A DNA stretch of 64,000 nucleotides from Sphyrna mokarran (taxonomy: Eukaryota): NCBI GenBank assembly GCA_024679065.1, contig JAGIQG010000043.1, forward strand, positions 1,178,001 through 1,242,000, given 5' to 3'. A program made the position numbers and the translations under genes. Of this stretch, positions 27,601-40,369 are shown in pieces. The notes under the pieces were generated by a model. That model was not told the origin of the DNA, searched no databases, and saw only the letters and a program-made list of their open reading frames with translations. Within the stretch, counting starts at the first letter, position 1; every line of letters begins with the position of its first letter.

Positions 27601-28131
27601 AGCATGGAGCAGATTCTTCTGCCGAACTCGTCCTTGTTGATCAGGTTTCCTAAACTGAACTAATCTCACTTTCCTGAGCTTGACCATATCCTTTCGAACT
27701 TATCCATCCATGTACTTGTACAAATGTTTTTTTTTAATGTTGCAATTACACCTGTCACTAACACACCCTCTGAAATCTCATTCCATATGCGCACCACGCT
27801 CTGTATGAAACAGTTTACCCCGATACCCTTCTATACGTTGCCCTCTCAACTTCGAGCTACGCTCCTCATTTTTTGTTTCTCGACTCCTTTTGATGAAGTT
27901 GCTTGTGCAATTCACTAGGAAAATGCAAAACCCAACGGCAAGGGCATACATCTATAACACCCATAAGTTGACTTTTGTACAGAAGACTTTACTTCCAATT
28001 TGGACGAACTGTCTCCATTTGTGCCCCTCCATCGTACAAAGAGGAAATTCTGACACTGGAATTAGCGCAGTGTCTCAGAAGAATTGCAGAATGGAACTAC
28101 CATTAGTAACATGAAAGGTAAAGCAGAATGG

Positions 28132-29038
28132 GATCAGTAAATTTGCAGATGATACTAAAGTTGGTGGTGTGGTAGATAGTGAAGAGGGGTGTTTTAGTTT
28201 ACAGAGTGACTTGGACAAGTTGCAGAGCTGGGCCGAGAGGTGGCAAATGGAGTTTAATGTGAAAAGTGTGAGGTAATGCACTTTGGCAGGAACAATAAAT
28301 GTGTAAAGTATAGGGCTAATGGTAGGACTCTTAATAGTGTTGATGAACAGAAGGATCTTGGTGTATATGTCAATAGATCCCTGAAAGTAGGCAGTCAAGT
28401 CGATAAAGTTGTTAAGAAGGCATATGGAGTCTTAGCTTTTATTGTTAGGGGGATTGAATTTAGGAGCCGCAACATCATGTTGCAACTGTACAAAACTCTA
28501 GTGCGGCCGCACTTGGAGTATTGTGTGCAGTTCTGGTCCCCACATTAAAGAAAGATGTGGAGGCATTGGAGAGGGTACAGAGGAGGTTTACCAGGATGTT
28601 GCCTGGTATGGAGGGCAGGTCCTATGAAGAGAGGTTGAAGGATTTGAGGTTGTTTTCGTTAGAAAGGAGGCGGCTAAGGGGGATCTTATTGAAGCATATA
28701 AGATAATTAGAGGTTTAGATAGGGTGGACAGTGATAGACTTTTTCCTAGGATGGAGAAAGCTAGCACGATGGGACACAACTTTAAATTAAGGGGTATGAG
28801 TTATAGGACGGATATCAGAGGTAGGTTCTTTACTCAAAGAGAGATTAGGGAGTGGAATGCCCTGCCTGCAGCTGTTGTAGATGCCCAAGTTTGGTGGCGT
28901 TTAAGAGGTTAATTGATAAGTATATGGAAGAGAAGGGAATGGTTAGTTAGGAGGGGCATTGCTTTTTATTTTGGTCGGCACAACATCGAAGGCCGAAGGG
29001 CCTGTTCTGTGCTGTATTGTTCTATGTTCTATGTTCTA
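28132..29038 (+). mobile_element. 5'-truncated young CR1
   Basis: RT from FADD to C-terminus, plus (TTCTATG)n tail. Confidence 0.93.
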
Positions 29039-29136
29039 TTTTTTTTTTAATTTAAGAACGTAATGCCGAGGGGTAACAGAATAGATGTCCAGAAAATTCG
29101 ACCATTAGCACGTACTCAGTGACAGTTTCCGGTTTA

Positions 29137-29510
29137 TGGGGAGGCGATGGCCTCCTGGTATTATCGCTAGACTATTAATCGAGAAACACAGTTAATGCTC
29201 TGGGGACACGGTTAGAATCCTGACACTGGTGCTAATTAAATTTGGGTTCAACATGAAAATCCAGAAAATCTGGAATTAAGGATCTACTAATGAACATGAA
29301 ACCATTGTTCACTCTCAGAAATGAACGGAACTGGTTCGCTCAAATCCTTTCCGAAATAAATCTGCCGTCCTTATCCGACCTGGCCTACCTGCGACTTTAC
29401 AGCCACAGTAATGTAGTGCTGAAGTCTCAATGAGTCTGAAATGCCGTCCACGTGCAACAATTCATCGACAGTAAATGTCGGCCAACCAGCACGCCCATGT
29501 CCCACAAATG
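29137..29510 (+). mobile_element. tRNA-derived SINE (second family)
   Basis: ggggaggcgatggcc...ggtattatcgctagactattaat head; inverse of 15360-15715. Confidence 0.65.
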
Positions 29511-29841
29511 TTTGAAACCGTAGATATTTAAACTAAAAAAAAGTTCACCCGAACTTTCAGCCTGCATCTATTCAATAGAACACTCAGAACTACAATGGAG
29601 AATAGTTAATTTGTACTCTACCAGTTGGGTGTTATGGCTCACAAACTGAGGAATGTCAAACGAATATTGTGTTCACCCAACAATGTCCTACAATGGTGAC
29701 GTAATCTCCACAACGGAGGTCGTCATAGTTTTCATCGAATCTGTAAAGGCCCAACTGAATGGGACGCAGGCCACGTCAGTGTGTCCACAGTTTCTGTAGA
29801 AGCGAGCCCGTGAGACACGACACATTGAAATTTCTATCAAG

Positions 29842-29896
29842 ATGGCCGAAGAATCTCTATCTCTGATACTCATTTTCCAAATACTGAGGTTTCACT
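29842..29896 (+). CDS. Gene A exon 1: leader
   Basis: caagATGG Kozak context; MAEESLSLILIFQILRFH-T|gtgagt. Phase 1 joins in frame to the acceptor at 30425. Confidence 0.7.
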
Positions 29897-30424
29897 GTGA
29901 GTAAGAGGCGGGTGGGAATTTCAAGCGGAATCGATTTTATAAACTCGAATGAGCGTTTTCTAAGCTGAAAGCGTGAGTGAGCCAGTGTTCGGGTGAAGAC
30001 ATTTGCACTAATCATATAAGTTAATTTATTGGTTTTACTCATGAAGTTAAGAAAAAAAATGACAAACAATGATTTAAATGAATGAGGAGATTATGCAGAG
30101 GATAACACTGCTGCCTCAAAGCGTCACAAAGCTTTGTGTGGACTGTGGAGACTGCGTGGGTTTCCTCCGATCGCCCCAGTTTGCTCCCACAGTCCAAAAG
30201 AGGTGCTAGTTGATGCATTGACGGTGCTAAAAAATATCCCTCAGTGTATCTGGACAGGCTCGCAGTGTGGAAGTTAGGGGAATTTCGCCGTAACTTCATT
30301 GCAGTGTTAATGTAAGCTTACTTCTGACATTAATAAAATAAACTTTCATTCGAGACGATTTGATTTTTAGAGTTAGCTTCTGGTATTTCAATAATCATTG
30401 CTTATCTCACAATAATCTCTCTAG

Positions 30425-30763
30425 TTACAGAATCCGAGTCCTCTCTGTATCAGATCCCTTTCACATTGACAGCTGCGAGAGGCCAAACGGTGGAATTATT
30501 CTGTCATGACACTCAAGAAGTGGATTTGGTGTCCAACTATGCTTGGTACAAACAGCGGCTAGGTGAAGCCCCGATTCTAATAACCACTACATCCTGTACT
30601 GGGCCCGACTGTAAGTTTATTTCTGAAAAAGGCGATCCAGGGAACGTGTTGATTCTGAAAATTCGCAATGTCCAGATGAATGACTCTGGTTCCTACTACT
30701 GTATGTATATATACATAGATCGGTCTTTACTGTTCCGGTATGCAACCACACTCCTGGTTGGAG
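30425..30763 (+). CDS. Gene A exon 2: Ig V-set domain with a J-like G strand in the same exon
   Basis: ctctctag acceptor; GQTVELFC...WYKQRLGEAP...LKIRNVQMNDSGSYYC...LLFRYATTLLVG|gtaag; phase 1/1. Confidence 0.93.
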
Positions 30764-30856
30764 GTAAGGGAGAAAGTGAATTCACTCAGAGTATGCACAT
30801 TATCCTTTTTTTATGTGCGTAAATTAATCATTAACTGTGTCCCAATTTCTGTCCAG

Positions 30857-31171
30857 ACAGTTCCACCAACAAGACGGTTGTGCAAGTATTTGTCCCGCCA
30901 GCTGATCTGGATGTGAATGATAATGTGCCTTTAGTCTGTTTGGTCAGTGGAGTTTCTTCCAAGCAGATTGCTGTTTTCTGGAATATTTCCGGCTTGGTCA
31001 CTGAGGGATCGAGTGATCCCGGGATAACTGGGGAGGACGGGACCTACAGCATCAGAAGTCATGTCATGGTGTCGGGGCAAGTCTGGAGAAATGGCGGTGT
31101 CTGTACTTGCATTGTTCAAATGGGGATTCCAGGCAAATATTGGACGAAAAGTGTATCCTCCCCCAATTCAG
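30857..31171 (+). CDS. Gene A exon 3: Ig C1-set domain
   Basis: gtccag acceptor after a 93-bp intron; VPLVCLVSG...VFW...DGTYSIRS...WRNGGVCTCIV...SG|gtgag. Confidence 0.93.
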
Positions 31172-31723
31172 GTGAGTTGTCAACCTCCACAATGATGGTT
31201 TGAATTCAACTTGTAATCAGTTGCAGTAATATTCCAAATATTCAGAAACTGACGTCTGTTACGTACACAGAGAGATCTCCAATTGTACCTGCATTATTTA
31301 TTTGTGGCACACGTATGCTTACGTTAAAGCTACAAATAAATTGCTGTGAAATATGCCTATTCGCCGTACTCCTGCGCCCATTGGAGTGCACTGCAGAAAA
31401 TTCAGTCTGCCCAATTCCCGCGAACCAGCATGGCTTCAGAGAGTTGGAGGAAACTAGATCGCCTGCAGGAGACGGTGCCAACCTGCACAGACAGTGAATC
31501 AAGCCGCGAATCAAACCATGTTCTCTGGAACTATATGGCGGCAATAGTAATCAATGTGCCACCTGGAATCCTGTCACTTCTCCCCTTCAAGGTAGACTCC
31601 GTTTCCCAGCTGAAAGTTTTTATTGAATCTGCTTCCATCGTCCTTTTCAGACATTGGATTTTCCAACCCATTTGAAGTCAGTGCAACACTGGATGCGCTT
31701 TGCAATCGAGAAACGGAAGCATT

Positions 31724-32522
31724 GGACTTCAATACAGATAAATGTGTAGTGGCCCATTTTGGCAGGAATAATGGGATGAAGGAATACAATATAAGGGGTA
31801 GGAGCCTTAGCTGTGTTGTAGAGCAGAAGGATGTCGGGGTCCGGGTCCATAGGACTCTTAAATCGGCCTCGCAGATGGAGGAAGTGGTCAAGTAGGCGTA
31901 CGGTGTACTGGCCTTCATTAATCGAGGAATAGAATTTAGGAGTCAGGAGGTAATGATACAGCTCTATAAGACTCTTGTCAGGCCCCAGTTGGAGTATTGT
32001 GCGCAGTTCTGATCGCCTCATTATAGGAAGGATGTAGAGGCTATTGAAAGGGTTCAGAGGAGATTTACAAGGATGCTGCCTGGATTGAGAGGCAGGCCTT
32101 ATGAAGATAGGTTGAGGGAGCTGGGACTCTTCTCACTGGAGAAACGGAGGTTGAGAGGCGACCTGATAGAGGTTTATGAAATGTTGAGAGGAATAGATAG
32201 GGTGGACTGTCAGAGACTATTTCCCCGAGCTGAAATGGTCACTACGAGAGGACACAGATTTAAGGTGCAGGGAAGCAAATACAAAGGAGATGTCAGGGGT
32301 AGGTTTTTCACTCAGAGGGTGGTGAGTGAATGGAACCGACTGCCGTCGGAGGCTGTTGAGGCAAACTCACTGGGGTCTTTTAAGAGACTTCTGGATGAGT
32401 ATATGGAAAAGAGTAGGATAGGGGGTTATAGATAGGTCTGTGGATTGGTAGATGTGATCAGCGCAACTCGTGGGCTGAAGGGCCTGTTTGTGTTGTATTC
32501 TTCTATGTTCTATGTTCTATGT
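31724..32522 (+). mobile_element. 5'-truncated CR1 in gene A intron 3
   Basis: RT C-terminal ORF 32073-32435 and tail. Confidence 0.9.
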
Positions 32523-33322
32523 TTAACTATTTTCGAAATCTGTCTTTTCTAGTTTCCCTTGAGGTATTAGTTCAATTTTCTATAATAACACTCCAGAATT
32601 TTTAGGTTCCGTTTGGCATCTGTTTTCGTATAAATTCCTAATACCTGGACTCTAATCGCATTAAAATCAAGATGAAAAACAACACATAAATTACATTTTC
32701 GACTATTTTATGCTATTTGGTATTGTGATTCAGAGAATGTCTGCATGGCCAATGGAATCTATTACAATACATTTCACAACTGGAATTGTATTTGGACTCG
32801 TAGTGAGAAATGTGCAAAACTGTGGGGGAAATTTAAATAGAGTGACAGTATTTCAATAGCTATTTCAAAGATGGGGTGCAGTCTACGTGCTGTGGGTTGA
32901 CCCATAATGACATTAGGGATGCAGTTCTAGGATTTTGACCCAGCAACTGGGACAGAATGCCAGTATGTTTCCAAGTCGGGATACTAAGTGGCTTGTAGAA
33001 GGAAACGCAGTGGCGGTGTTCCCTTGTATTCGCTGTCCTTGTCCTTCTGGATGAAACTGTTATAGGTTTGAAAGATGCTGTCTAAGGATCATTGGTGAAT
33101 TGCTGAGTGAGTGTACGCGCTGCTGCTTCTGAGCATCGGCTGATGGAGGGAGTGAATGTGTTGCCAATCGAGCGGGCTGATTTGCCTTTGACGATGTCAG
33201 GTTTCTTTCGCGTTGTTGGAGTTGCACCCAACTAGGCACGTGGGGGGTAATCCATCATACTTCTGACTTGTGCTTTACAGATGGCGAACAGGTTTTGAGG
33301 AGTCAGAAGGTGAGTTAATTTC

Positions 33323-33777
33323 ATAGAACATAGAACATAGAACATTACAGCACAGAACAGGCCCTTCGGCCTTCGATGTTGTGCCGAGCAATATAAAAAG
33401 CAATGCCCCTCCAAACTAAACCATTCCCTTCTCTTCCATATACTTATCAACTAACCTCTTAAACGCCACCAAACTTGGCGCATCTACAACCGCTGCAGGC
33501 AGGGCATTCCACTCCCGACCACCCTTTGGGTAAAGAACCTACCTCTGATATCCGTCCTATAACTATCACCCCTTAATTTAAAACTGTGTCCCCTCGTGCT
33601 AGCTTTTTCCATCCTAGGAAAAAGGCTATCACTGTCCACCCTATCTAAACCTCTAATCATCATGTTTCGATTAGGTCCCCTCTTAGCCGCCTCCTTTCTA
33701 ACGAAAACAACCTCAAATCCCTCAGCCTCTCTTCAAAAGACCTGCCCTCCATACCAGGCAACATCCTGGTAAATTTC
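33323..33777 (-). mobile_element. Short young CR1 3' end
   Basis: (CATAGAA)n tail and RT C-terminus. Confidence 0.9.
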
Positions 33778-34010
33778 CTCAGGATTTCCAGCCTCTGACC
33801 TGCTTTTGTACCTACTCTGTTTAACTGGGGATTCCAGTTGAGTTTTGATCAATGATAATCTGAAAAAAATGCCATTGGTTGTTCAGTTATGGTTATAATA
33901 TAGCATGACGAGAGGCAACAATTAGAGTGTCTGAGTTCAGCTTCCCGTCCTAGAAACGCGGAACGATTTATTTGACCCAGCAGCAATTTGAAATAGTTTT
34001 CTCTCTATAG

Positions 34011-34112
34011 GATGGTGCAATCTGGAACATTCCATTGTCATAATTATCCTGTTGGTCCCGATTCTCCTCTTTGTCCTTCTTTCCATTTGTATTTGGAAGA
34101 GCAGCAGATCAG
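34011..34112 (+). CDS. Gene A exon 4: stalk Cys plus transmembrane segment
   Basis: ctctctatag acceptor; GWCNLEHSIVIIILLVPILLFVLLSICIWKSSRS-G|gtgag; phase 1/1. Confidence 0.88.
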
Positions 34113-34209
34113 GTGAGGAATAATTTTAAGTAGGGATATCATTATTATTGTTCATCTCATGTAATTCCCCTTGTAGTTTTAAATTGCTGATCACAGTGTC
34201 TTGTTTCAG

Positions 34210-34240
34210 GAGAGCGAGCAGAGGGAACCGGTATTGAAAG
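34210..34240 (+). CDS. Gene A exon 5: cytoplasmic mini-exon
   Basis: ttgtttcag|...GERAEGTGIE-AG|gtgaat; phase 1/2. Confidence 0.65.
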
Positions 34241-34442
34241 GTGAATAATTGAGCCATTTTCAAAGTTCATCTCTCTATATATATCATAATAAACGCAGTT
34301 CAAAACCAATATTTATTCCTATGGCACATACTGAGATTTTCCATGTTTTAAAATTAAGTACCCTTTCTCTCAAATATTTCCGGCCAGGTTTTGCAGGATA
34401 TAATACCTGTTTCATTTTGTTTATTTTCTCAAGTAGTTTTAG

Positions 34443-34489
34443 CTTGAGACAAAAATTGCGCAGAGGACAGCGGAAAGAGAGACAAACGG
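34443..34489 (+). CDS. Gene A exon 6: basic cytoplasmic exon (alternative in-frame acceptor at 34434)
   Basis: Pyrimidine tract; SLRQKLRRGQRKERQT-G|gtaagt; phase 2/1. Confidence 0.7.
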
Positions 34490-34557
34490 GTAAGTTACAT
34501 CCAAATGAAGGCAAATATTCAATATCGTTGAACAGATAAATCATAGGGACTTTGCAG

Positions 34558-34895
34558 TGGGCGACACGATGGCACAGTACTTAACACAGCTGCCTCACAG
34601 CTCGAAACCTGTGTTTGATTCCCCGGCTCGGGTCACTTCTGTGTGGAGTTTACACATGCTCCTCGTATCTACTTGGGTTTCCTTTAGGTGCTCCGGTTTC
34701 CTCCCACAGTCCGAAGATATGCGGGTTAGGTTGAATGGCCATGTTAAAATTGCCCATTAGTGTCTTAAGAAGCTTAGGTTAGAAGCATTAGTAGGTAAAA
34801 TATGTAGGGATATGGGGGTGGGGCCTGGGTGGGTTTATGGTCGGTGCAGACTTGATGGGCAGAAGGGCCTCTTTCTGCACTGTACGGTTCTATGA
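34558..34895 (+). mobile_element. V-SINE/HE1-like SINE (others at 36490-36795, 37780-38060, 38484-38770(-), 43540-43880, 54208-54520, 62968-63300)
   Basis: tRNA-like head, gtggagttt...ctccggtttcctcccacagtcc domain and CR1-like tail. Confidence 0.75.
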
Positions 34896-35169
34896 TATTT
34901 CATCAGTGCAGAAGGCCAGTCAGCGCATCAAACCTGCTTTGACACCAATCCCATCCATGCTCTATCCCTGTTGTGCCGCACATTTACAGAGCGAATGCCC
35001 CTGGCAGTGAGCATAAATGAGCACGGTCCATCCACCTAATCTACACATCTTTGGACTTCTGTAAACTAACTCTACCCGCCACATAGACACCAGTGACATT
35101 TATATAAATGACGGAATATGGTGGTGGTGGGGGGAAGTGGGGGTTGGGTAGGAAACAGAACCTTGTGGT

Positions 35170-36010
35170 ACACCAAGGGACACTGGCTTCCAGGTACTAA
35201 GCATCCTCCTGTCGTCACTTGCTGTTTCCAGCAACTGATCCGATTCTGGATGCACTTTATCAAATTACCTTGAATATTTGCAAGTCTCCTATTTGGAACC
35301 ATGTCAAAGGCTTTGCTGAAATGCATCTAAACTACAACGGCTACACTACCTTCGTCTGCACGCCTGGTCAGCCGCACAAAATTCAATCAGATGTGTTAGG
35401 CATGACTTCCCTCTGGCGAAGCCATGCTCACTATATCTGCACAAGCTTTGTCTCTCCAAGTGTCGATAGATTTTTCTCCTTCAGATTCTTCTTTCATTGT
35501 TTTCCTACCACTGATGTGAGACTCACTTGTCTGTAGTTCCCTGGTTCATCTCTAAAACATTTTCCTAAATAACCCAACCATATTTGTCGTTCTTCTGGGA
35601 GTTCCCATGGCCAGTGAGGAATTGAAAAATATGAGCCAGTGCCTCTGCAATCTCCCCTCTTGCCTTCCAATGTTGCTGGGGGCGTAAATCAGCTGGACTT
35701 GGAGATATATCCAATTTTGAGACTGCCAACACCTCCAATAGCTTATCTTACCCAATGTCAATTTGCTCCAGAACCACACAGTCCCTGAATTCTGGATCAG
35801 AGTCCTCATTTTCTTGGGTGGAAAAGGATGTGATGTTTTCATTTAGCACCTGGCCCCATGTCCTCTGGCTCCACCCACAGTTTATCGCCTTCGCGCCTAA
35901 TGGGCCCTATTCTTTTCCTGTTTGATATACAAATCGATTATGCTAGGATTTTCCCTACTTTTGCCAGACAGAACTTTCTGATATCCGTTCTCTGTATTCC
36001 TAACTGCTTT
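35170..36010 (-). mobile_element. Highly degraded CR1 ORF2 fragment
   Basis: HFSKAFD and related RT remnants. Confidence 0.6.
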
Positions 36011-36042
36011 CCTAAATTGACATCTTCCACTTCGTTACACAG

Positions 36043-36092
36043 GTGACTATCGCCAAACATATGGAAATGGAACACAAGACTGTGCAGTTCAG
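36043..36092 (+). CDS. Gene A exon 7: cytoplasmic exon
   Basis: ttacacag|GDYRQTYGNGTQDCAVQ|gtaagc; phase 1/0. Confidence 0.7.
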
Positions 36093-36809
36093 GTAAGCGC
36101 TTTACGAATAATTTAATACCATTGAGGAAATTGGATTTTAGAATAAGTTGCAGGATGTCCCATCCGGGATACTTCATGCGGCTATCAGCATGCAGCTCAC
36201 GGTCTGAAGCATCTAATTGTGAACGAAACCACATTCGCCCACACTTTGGAATCAGAACACATATCTCTGCGGCTCTTCCAAATGTTCGTGCAGCGATTGA
36301 GTTAATGTTCCAGTTACAATATATCAGACAGACGTTGCTGTCGGTTTCCAGCAGTTTTCATTGTTGATTGCCAGATTTTTGTTTCGTTTGACTCTATTTA
36401 TTTTTGCGGTGGATCTAGTTCTCCCCCCGTCAGTTCCAGGTTTCCTCCCACCCGCACCCAGTTGGAATTGTACTAATTGCTGGGATTATCTTCACAGTGA
36501 GATAATGGTTAACAATGCTGCTTCACAGTGTGAGGGACACGGGTTCAATCCTCGGCTTGGGTCACTGTCTCTGTGAAGTTTGCACATTCTCCCCGGGCCT
36601 ACATGGATTTCCTCCGGGTGCTTCAGTTTCCTCTCACCGCCCAAAGATGTGCGTATTAGGTGGGTTGGCTGTGCTGAATTATCATTAATGCCAGGCGGAC
36701 TTGCGAGAATGAGATTATGGGGATAGGGCTTCGGTGTCATTGTGGTGCACACTGAATGGGCCGAATGACTTCATGCTGTACCGTAGGATTCTACATATTG
36801 TCGTTTTGA

Positions 36810-37130
36810 GCCTGTGTGTTTGAGAGATTCTGTGCATATCTCTTTGTCTGTGTTTTTGAGAGGTTGTGTTTGTGAGATTGTTAGATTTTCTTTCTGTGTA
36901 TCTCGGTGAGAAATTGTGTCCGTTGAGCGGAACGGGTGAATGTGTGTGTGCCTGTGGGGGAGACTCAGAGAGAGAGAGAGAGACACTACGTGTTTGAGGG
37001 ATACATAAATGAATGAATACTTGTGTGACTGTGTGTGTTTGTATGTGCATCTGTGTTTCTATGCATGTGTGCCTGAGCGTGTGTGAACGAAATCGCTTCT
37101 GTGTGTTTGTGTCTCTGTGTGTTTGTATAT
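36810..37130. repeat. Degenerate TG/AG-rich low-complexity tract
   Basis: Imperfect (TG)n and (AG)n runs. Confidence 0.7.
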
Positions 37131-39575
37131 CATGAGATAGCATAATCGGCTTTGGACTTCGGTGGGCATCACATTAAAGTCCTATAGATGTATTTGCAAT
37201 CGTGAACTTTTGGAGTGCTGCTGGTTCATCAGGTGAGTCCTGGTGTATGTACTTATAAGAGTGCCTGAGTGTATGGGAGTGAAAGTGCTTCTGTTCATGT
37301 AGTTCAGTTTTCGGTCTCTTGTTCCCGTCAGTATTTAATCACTCAACAAACATTTAAAAATATGACAATTCATCTGTCTCATTATTGAATTATTCCTTAA
37401 TTTAATCATACTGTTGGCAAAGGCGCTGCCAAATTTACTACTTTCGATGGGTAAATACAACTTCAACAAGTGGCAATCAATGATTAGGCTTTGAAGAAGC
37501 TCAGGAATTACACAGTTATTGTACAGTAACTGGTATTTTGAATTCATTGTCTGGTTTGATGGAGGAAGTTTTAGTTATTTAAAGGGAACCAGAATATATT
37601 TGTGAACTGTTGTACCCTGAAATTTGGCGCTGACACTGGAATTAGAAGAGACTGCCAGTTGTCTGGCCAGCAAAGATATGATGGTGTAATGGCCTCTTTC
37701 CACGTGGTTCCTGTTTGGTTGTTCAATGCTGCGGCTGGTTGTGTTTAAATGTCGGGGACTTCCCAAAACTCAAAGATTGAGGGCGTCACGGTGGCACAGT
37801 GGTTAGTGCTACTGCCTCGCAACACCAGGGGCCGAAGCTCGATTCCTCGGGTGGCTGTCTATGTGGAGTTTACAAGTTTTCACCATGTCTGCACGGATCT
37901 CCTCTGGGTGCTCCGGCTTCCCACAGTGCGAAGATTTACAGCTTAGTTAAGTTAGCCATGGTAAATATGTGGGGATACAGGCAAAGGATGGGGCGAGGCC
38001 TGGTTCAGATACACCGTCCGAGCATTGGTGCAGACTTGACAGCCAAAAGATGTATGATTCTGAAGGGGCTTAACACAGTAGATAGTGATACGATGTATGA
38101 TTCTCGAAGGGCTTGATGCGATAGATTCTGAGACGCTCACCAGGGAATCTTGAACATAACACATATCGAAATATAGTAATCGGATTGGCTGTTGAATAGT
38201 AATCAATTGATAGTCATAAACATTTTATGTGTAAGTCGCATTCCAAATTCTGCTTCTCTATGATTACGTTCCTTCAGTCAATTGCAGTCTTTGACGCTGG
38301 GTCGTTAAGAATGGTCAAGGCTGAGATAGGTTCTTAATAAATAAGGAAATCAAGCGTTATGCACATAACGTCAGAAAGTGGAGTAGACAGCTGTCATATC
38401 GGAGCACTCATGAGCTCATTGAATAGTGGAACAGACTTGATGGGCAGAACGGCCAACTTCTGCTTCTGTGTCTTATGGTAAACCATAGAAATCCAACAGT
38501 GCAGAAAGAGGCCATTCGGCCCATAGAGTTTGCACTGACAACAATCCTGCCCGGGCCATATCCCAGTATGTCTACATATTTACCCGCCAATCCTTCTCAC
38601 CTCACCCGCATATCTTTAGTCTGTCAGAGGAAACGGGAACAGCTAGAGGAAACACACGCAGACTCGGGGAGAATGTGCAAACTCCACACAGACAGTGACC
38701 AGAGTGGGAATCGACCCCAGGTCCCTGGAGCTTGAAATAGCAGTGCTACCCCCTATGCAACAGTGCCACGCACGATGGGCACATTATGGGCTAATTCTTC
38801 CACAGATGCATTAAGCCATTAATTTTGCAATTGATTTAGAGGCCACCAGAAGTGTCTAAACAAACACATTGAAAAGAAATTGGAAAACTGTTTTTGTTTG
38901 AAAGAACATTGCCGAGAATTATGAAGAAAACTGAAGTGAAGTTTGGATTAAATGGGATGCGATGGCCTTGCGGTCTCATCGTTAGCAGATTATTCAGCTG
39001 AATGTTTTGAGGATTCTGTTCCAATCTAGCAACAACAGAGGGCGGAATTTATAGAACATAGAACATAGAACATGACAGCGCAGAACAGACCCTTCGGCCT
39101 TCAATGTTGCGCCGACCAATTAGGAAAAAGCAATGAACTTCTAACCTAGATCATTCCCTTTTCGTCCATAAACTTATCTTAAGAATCCACTGATGAACGA
39201 GAAACAAGTATCAGAAAATCACGTGGTACATTATTGTTCTTCAGGATGTAAATATGTCATTCATATCTAGTCTGGACGACACGCAACTTCAGAGCCACAA
39301 CATTATGGTTGTGGCTAAATAAGGACAACTAAGAATGCGCAAAGCTAACGATGCCCACGTCCCACGGATGAATTAAAAGTGGATTGCTCTTTCAAAGATC
39401 CAACATGGATTCATTGGGCCGAATAGTTTCCATCTAAACAGTAGCATTTTATGATTTTATGTACCGCTTTTGAGTTTTGGTATCATCTTAATTATTTATG
39501 GGCCGAACGCCTCCTTCTGCACTTTCGGGAATCTATTGCTCTCCTTGATCATTCTCTGATTTGTGAATGTTTCAG

Positions 39576-39665
39576 AGTGGACCTACCTACGCCTCCCTGG
39601 ATTTGGCCGCCTTGGAAAAGAAATCAAAAAAGAAGTCGGATCGAAAAAAAGAATCCAAACCATGA
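39576..39665 (+). CDS. Gene A exon 8: terminal exon with ITIM-like TYASL
   Basis: tgtttcag|SGPTYASLDLAALEKKSKKKSDRKKESKP*; phase 0. Summed exons total 1029 bp in one open frame. Confidence 0.75.
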   Translation, partial: SGPTYASLDLAALEKKSKKKSDRKKESKP

Positions 39666-40017
39666 TTTATGAAGGGGGCAGAATTTCCCGAAATTTCGCA
39701 GTCTCATGGAGGTAACCATGGAACCAATGAGATTCCCTTCAAACAGTTATACTTTCTCCGCGGATCCGCCAATCATTGACATTTACTGTAAATGCTTGGA
39801 AATTGATTTTAGGATATTTCAGCTGAATGGTGTCCTTCAGCTGTAGACAAAACTTCGAGCAATGCTGAGAGACTTTCCTGAGTTTCTCTTAAAATTTTCT
39901 GCTGATCGTATTACTCAAGTTGATCACATAAGCTGTACCACTTCTCGTTGTAAATGTCAACATGTGAATACCAATTAATGATTCTAACTTTACAACGATG
40001 TCTTGATCTTGATCAAT

Positions 40018-40048
40018 AATAAACTTATAACTAAATGTAACATTTATT
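40018..40048. terminator. Facing poly(A) signals: AATAAA (+, 40018-40023) for gene A and AATAAA (-, 40043-40048) for gene B
   Basis: Both hexamers lie between the two stop codons (39665 and 40338), about 20 bp apart. Confidence 0.55.
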
Positions 40049-40337
40049 GATGCGGCAATTTCTATTGAACTGACACTCACTCAGTCCAGTATTCAGATGT
40101 TTGCCAATGCTTCAGGTGTGAGAAGTTTGAATATTTGTCAAATTGGAATTCAATGAGAGATGGGCCCAGATTGTAATGCATGGAATTTCCAGTGTTTGTT
40201 ACAATTGTACACAGTGAAATTGTACACAGCGTTTGCTTTTAACATAAACTGTATATTTCAAAGTAATAGGATGAGTGAAATGTTATGGAAGAAGTAATGA
40301 ATTTCGATTTGCGCTCTGCAGCGTCTGGATCTTCTTA

Positions 40338-40369
40338 TCAATCCTTGTCATTTCGTCGCCAGCTCTGTC
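40338..40369 (-). CDS. Gene B exon 4: short hydrophilic tail, no TM
   Basis: ataaatcag|GQSWRRNDKD* in phase 1 with the C1 exon, about 290 bp before the minus-strand AATAAA. Acceptor is weak. Confidence 0.5.

Noticed and set aside
30431-30433. Alternative acceptor (ttacag) for the gene A V exon
   Set aside because: Joined to the leader's final T it creates TAA; the 30425 acceptor keeps the frame open.
1403-36500. Scattered CACAGTG heptamers (e.g. ~1403, ~27024, ~34192, ~36493) as RSS
   Set aside because: No ACAAAAACC-like nonamer at 12 or 23 bp; some lie inside SINEs.
39245-39322. Alternative phase-0 terminal exon for gene A (DVNMSFISS...)
   Set aside because: Runs into SINE-derived sequence; the 39576 exon has a tyrosine motif and sits nearer the poly(A) signal.
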